The translations under genes and the position numbers were made by a program. DNA of 55,224 nt from Clostridia bacterium (GTDB taxonomy: Bacteria > Bacillota > Clostridia > Christensenellales > QALW01): assembly GCA_045600145.1 (NCBI GenBank), contig JAZRXI010000093.1, positions 1 to 55,224 on the forward strand, read 5' to 3'. This document shows, piece after piece, positions 52,501-55,224 of the stretch (its first letter is position 1; every line of letters starts with the position of its first letter). The notes under the pieces are model-generated. The model did not search any database, was not told where the DNA came from, and worked only from the letters and a program-made list of their open reading frames with translations.

Positions 52501-53772
52501 GCATGCGCCTATCTCGATGATTTTTGCCGTAAGCGCACTGACACCTGTTGTTCGGATGGCGTAAATGCAGTATTTGATGTCCGCAAGCTTTGTTTCGGGT
52601 GCGATGCCCATTATTACGGGGTCGTCGTCAAGCAAATAGCCTTCAACACCGAATACGATATGTATGTCGGCTTTGTATTTTTTGATGGCGTCCTCCATAT
52701 CGGGGTATGCCTGCACAACGCCGTGGTCGGTTATCGCCACGGTGTCGTGACCGTATTGCATCATGAGCTTGACGAGCTTGCCGGCATCGACAACGCCGTC
52801 CATCTGGCTCATCTTTGTGTGAAGGTGCATTTCGACGCGTTTGATTGGCGCGTCATCGGTTTTTTTTGCCTTTTTGACGCTCTTGATATTGTTCGGCTTT
52901 ATGGTCAACTCATTTGTGAAATCGTCGGTCATACACCTGCCCTGAATGGCGATGTGCCCCGAAATATTTTCGGTTATCTCCTGCACTTGCGACGGCTCTG
53001 CAAAAATCTTGAATGTAAGCGAGGATGTGTAATCCGTGAAAGCGTAAGAAAACAATGTCTTGCCGCTTTTCAGTTCCCTGGTCTCACACGAAATAATGTC
53101 ACCACACACGGTGACAAAGCCCGAAAACTCATCAAGGTCTTTTATCGCGGCAACATCCTTGATAATAAAGTCCTTACCAAAGAGCGCGATACCATCCTTA
53201 GACACACTGTCCTTAGATGCCTTTTTCTTCTCAGGCTTGCGCGTTTCGCGGGCGGATTGCGCGGATTGCGCGGCTTCACGCGAAAGCGCTTCCATACGCC
53301 TGCGATATCTGTCCATTGCGGATTCGGCAAAATCATTTGCGACGCTTTCCGCTTCGGGCATAGTATCATCCGCGTGTATGTCGGGGTACATCACGCTGTC
53401 ATCGGGTATAGGACAATCCTCGGGCGGCGGGGGACAGTCGTCAGGCGCGGTATCAGCATCATATTCGGCTGTATTCTGCTCCGCCACTGTGTCGCCGTGA
53501 GCAGACGGAATATCTTGAAGCTCGGGCGGCGCAACGGTCAGCTCAAGCGCAAATGTGACATTCTGCGGAATGATTTTTTTTAGTGCTTCCTCAAGAAGCT
53601 TGCGGTCATTATCATCGAACGAACGCGACACACAAAAATGCAATTCCCATGTACTTCCGTCATCGGAAATGATCGCTTTGATAAAATCAGTCTTTGCCGA
53701 TACCTCCGGTGCGAGCATAGTGGAAAGCGCGTGTGCGAATTTTGAGTTTTGATTGGAAAGTGTTATTGACAT
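49519..53772 (-). CDS. polC: DNA polymerase III PolC-type; inserted exonuclease domain is degenerate
   Basis: OB fold; PHP motifs HLHT, TDHG, GDVH; GYLVGSRGSVGSS; Zn finger; KVPDIDLNFSG; KIKYMFPKAHA. Confidence 0.98.
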   Translation of the reverse strand: MSITLSNQNSKFAHALSTMLAPEVSAKTDFIKAIISDDGSTWELHFCVSRSFDDNDRKLLEEALKKIIPQNVTFALELTVAPPELQDIPSAHGDTVAEQNTAEYDADTAPDDCPPPPEDCPIPDDSVMYPDIHADDTMPEAESVANDFAESAMDRYRRRMEALSREAAQSAQSARETRKPEKKKASKDSVSKDGIALFGKDFIIKDVAAIKDLDEFSGFVTVCGDIISCETRELKSGKTLFSYAFTDYTSSLTFKIFAEPSQVQEITENISGHIAIQGRCMTDDFTNELTIKPNNIKSVKKAKKTDDAPIKRVEMHLHTKMSQMDGVVDAGKLVKLMMQYGHDTVAITDHGVVQAYPDMEDAIKKYKADIHIVFGVEGYLLDDDPVIMGIAPETKLADIKYCIYAIRTTGVSALTAKIIEIGACIVENGILSQNTFHSYINPHENVRTDILNEADIRQSALDSAPDSDTVIKKFIEYASGCTLLAHSADTSMPFLHAAFVAAGEEPEFPSIDTLRISRETVPNIKSGKFNKVCDALEIRTGDITDALKEAEITAAVWRKLTEILGERDISTVGELNKAMSVDNGNSYHIIMYAKDKKGLFNLYSLVTESHLEHLRRKRPQMPRSSIIEHREGLIIGSACEAGELYRAMLRGVSDEKLEEIASFYDCLEIQPLGNNDFLIREGIVRDKEHLIELNKKVIALGEKLGKPVLATGDVHYLLPDDAIYRSVIQCAEGFDEANIQAPLYYRTTEEMLDEFYYLDKEKREEIVIRNPRMIAEMCESMESFPRDHLYTPEMDNAEEDLRSMCEKKAHDMYGDELPEIVAARLEKELTAIIKHGYAVLYLIAHKVVKKSLSDGYLVGSRGSVGSSFAATMADITEVNPLRPHYLCPKCKYSDFTPDMNKYDCGVDMPKENCPNCGTEMLRLGFNIPFEVFMGFDGDKVPDIDLNFSGVYQPVVHKYIEELFGEKYVFRAGTIGGVADKTAIGYAKKYCEEYGLGKQRSAELTRMASGCIDVKRTTGQHAGGVVILPKKYNINEFTPLQYPANDPSQGIITTHFTFKSLHDTLLKADILGHDDPTVIRMLEDLTGIDVKKEVPLDDPKVMSIFLSPEALGVTEEEIGCKTGTFGIPEFGTGFTIQMLVDTKPKKFADLIKISGLSHGTDVWLGNAKDLIDNGTATISQCICTREDIMNGLLLKGVSDFPAFDTMEKVRKGKGIPEKYLEEIRAHDVPEWFIDSCNKIKYMFPKAHAAAYVTMAIRIAWFKVYKPHQYYATYFTVRADDFEIGIAQKTIPELRRTINQMHDQPNLNPREKGILIMLEMVLEMKCRKVEFTDIDIYKSDAVNFTVTEDNMIRPPLNAIPNLGENAAYSIVEARNEEMFKSQDDLLARTKLSNTLLGALEQCGCLRNLPKSQQISLFDF

Positions 53773-53801
53773 GTTTTTCGCTCCGTAATCGTATTAGTTA
53801 T

Positions 53802-53830
53802 ATTTAATCACATTTCACAATAACAGTCAA
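53802..53830 (-). promoter_or_regulatory. SigA-like promoter for polC
   Basis: TTGACT-17-TTAAAT with an extended TG. Confidence 0.45.
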
Positions 53831-53877
53831 GCATGATTATTGTGCTTTTCCTCTTGTGACTCCGCCACACACCGCAA

Positions 53878-54275
53878 GGCGACGCTGTCCCGGTGACCCG
53901 CGTTTCTTGGGGGCCTCCGTCCCCACAACTCTGTTAGCTTTTCTGAAGAAAAATTGAGCAAAAGACTTTATTGTACTTCACGCCGCATTGTCTGAATAAA
54001 TTGCAGGAAAAGTGAATTTACGCAATATCACCCATTGTCATTGCGCGCCTACGAAACAGACGTAGAAATCTATGTTTAGCATAAAGTTGCTTTTACGCAA
54101 ATACGGATCGCCACGGAGCTATCCTTATAACGATACGATAGGGTAATAAAAATACAGTGCCTGCGCAAACGTTTGCATAAGGCACTGTATTATTTACTTT
54201 GCGCGAAACGCAATAGAGCTTTTGCACCGCTTCTTTCAAAAAGACGGGCAGGGGCAATGGAACAGCATCCCTTTG
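53878..54275. repeat. Degenerate mosaic A(inverted) - B - A
   Basis: A-like arm ~53880-53983, B element ~54036-54120 (spacer resembles the reverse complement of the 1587-1619 spacer), A arm with hairpin 54146-54275. Confidence 0.7.
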
Positions 54276-54318
54276 CTTAATTTGAGACGAAGTCCATAAG
54301 ATGGGTGGAGCTTTGCCG

Positions 54319-55014
54319 TTATATTTCTATCGCCACGAATTCAGGGTATTTTGAAATAAGCGTTGCAAGTACATTAGACGGAATATCGCATTTAGTCTTA
54401 AACGAAATCATATATTCAAGCTTACCGGATTCAAGCTTCTTAACCTTGCTGTTCTGTATTGTAACGCTATACGATGCAAGCTCTTCGCGCACGACCCCGT
54501 CGGCGTTAAATGTATTGTCGGCAACTATCGTTATTTCGCCGACGAAGCTTGCATCATACCCCGTAAGAATCTTATGCAAAAGAAGCTGAAGAATCATAAG
54601 CAGTATTGCAGCAAAGACACCTATAAGATATAATCCGGCGCCTAGTGCCATGCCGATACCGCAAGTTGCCCACATTCCGGCGGCAGTGGTAAGCCCCTGC
54701 ACATTGGACTGTCTTACGAGGATCACTCCCGCGCCGAGAAACGGTATTCCCGTAACGATATTTGCGGCAATTCGTGATGCGTCAACGCTCGGCCCGATGC
54801 CGAGAACATCAAAAAAGCCGTACTTGGAAACTATCGTCATAAGTGCAGCACTCATTGCAACGACCATATGTGTGCGCACACCGGCTCCTTTAAGTCTGCG
54901 TGAGCGCTCATATCCTATTATACAGCCGCACAGTGCCGCCGCAACAATGCGCAAGCAGAGATTCAACTGCACGATAAATGATAAATTGTCAAATGTCCCA
55001 AGTGAAATGTCCAT
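54319..55014 (-). CDS. MgtC/SapB-family membrane protein
   Basis: IGYER..K.AGVRTH, DASRIAANIVTGI.FLGAG, GLTTAAGMW; start at ATG 55014 after GAGG. Confidence 0.92.
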   Translation of the reverse strand: MDISLGTFDNLSFIVQLNLCLRIVAAALCGCIIGYERSRRLKGAGVRTHMVVAMSAALMTIVSKYGFFDVLGIGPSVDASRIAANIVTGIPFLGAGVILVRQSNVQGLTTAAGMWATCGIGMALGAGLYLIGVFAAILLMILQLLLHKILTGYDASFVGEITIVADNTFNADGVVREELASYSVTIQNSKVKKLESGKLEYMISFKTKCDIPSNVLATLISKYPEFVAIEI

Positions 55015-55087
55015 TATAAAACCTCGCTTAATCATGCGCAAAAAACAGCGCATTGCATACTTATATACTATGTTTAGATATGGCAGT

Positions 55088-55116
55088 ATGATAACATACG
55101 CAAACTGTTTTGTCAA
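55088..55116 (-). promoter_or_regulatory. SigA promoter for the mgtC-like gene
   Basis: TTGACA-17-TATCAT with an extended TG. Confidence 0.7.
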
Positions 55117-55167
55117 GACCGGAAATAAACGGTCATAATGTACAGCTTATCATTTCGATGAAAACTC

Positions 55168-55196
55168 TTGCTGAATCAGTTTCAATATGGTATAAT
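55168..55196 (+). promoter_or_regulatory. SigA promoter for a unit beyond the window
   Basis: TTGCTG-17-TATAAT with an extended TG. Confidence 0.6.
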
Positions 55197-55224
55197 ATTC
55201 GCAGAAAGTCTTGCCTCGCAAGCC

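Noticed and set aside
41748-53752. Long antisense ORFs over rpoB, rpoC and polC (e.g. 46222-47169, 52462-53583)
   Set aside because: Shadow frames of codon-biased genes with no motifs or RBS.
55197-55224. Possible leader RNA at the window end
   Set aside because: Too little sequence to assess.

Overview
Chromosomal segment of a spore-forming Clostridia-class firmicute. Core genes: uvrB, cysK, mtnN with an MtaD-like deaminase, a DUF1846 protein, a stand-alone rpoB-rpoC operon, polC and a six-tRNA operon. These are interspersed with carbohydrate-use genes (FGGY kinase, ceramidase-like hydrolase, SGNH hydrolase, a glycyl-radical enzyme with its activase, a DUF4038 glycosidase, isomerases, AraC regulators), a cobalamin-riboswitch ECF module, two deletion-eroded pseudogene loci and many palindromic intergenic repeats. 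The best candidate for an undescribed system is a five-gene minus-strand cassette (20473-25665) directly upstream of uvrB. It encodes an XRE regulator with a large C-terminal domain, a RelA/SpoT-like protein (pseudo-HD + intact HD + degenerate synthetase + TGS), a degenerate Doc/Fic protein, an S51 peptidase and an M50 membrane protease. Also notable: a PolC whose proofreading exonuclease motifs are all substituted, an RpoB with a ~130-aa insertion and a long acidic tail, a triple-nested inverted-repeat element, and a GTGAAAT/ATTTCAC multi-hairpin element. All calls come from reading motifs by eye; no database searches were run.
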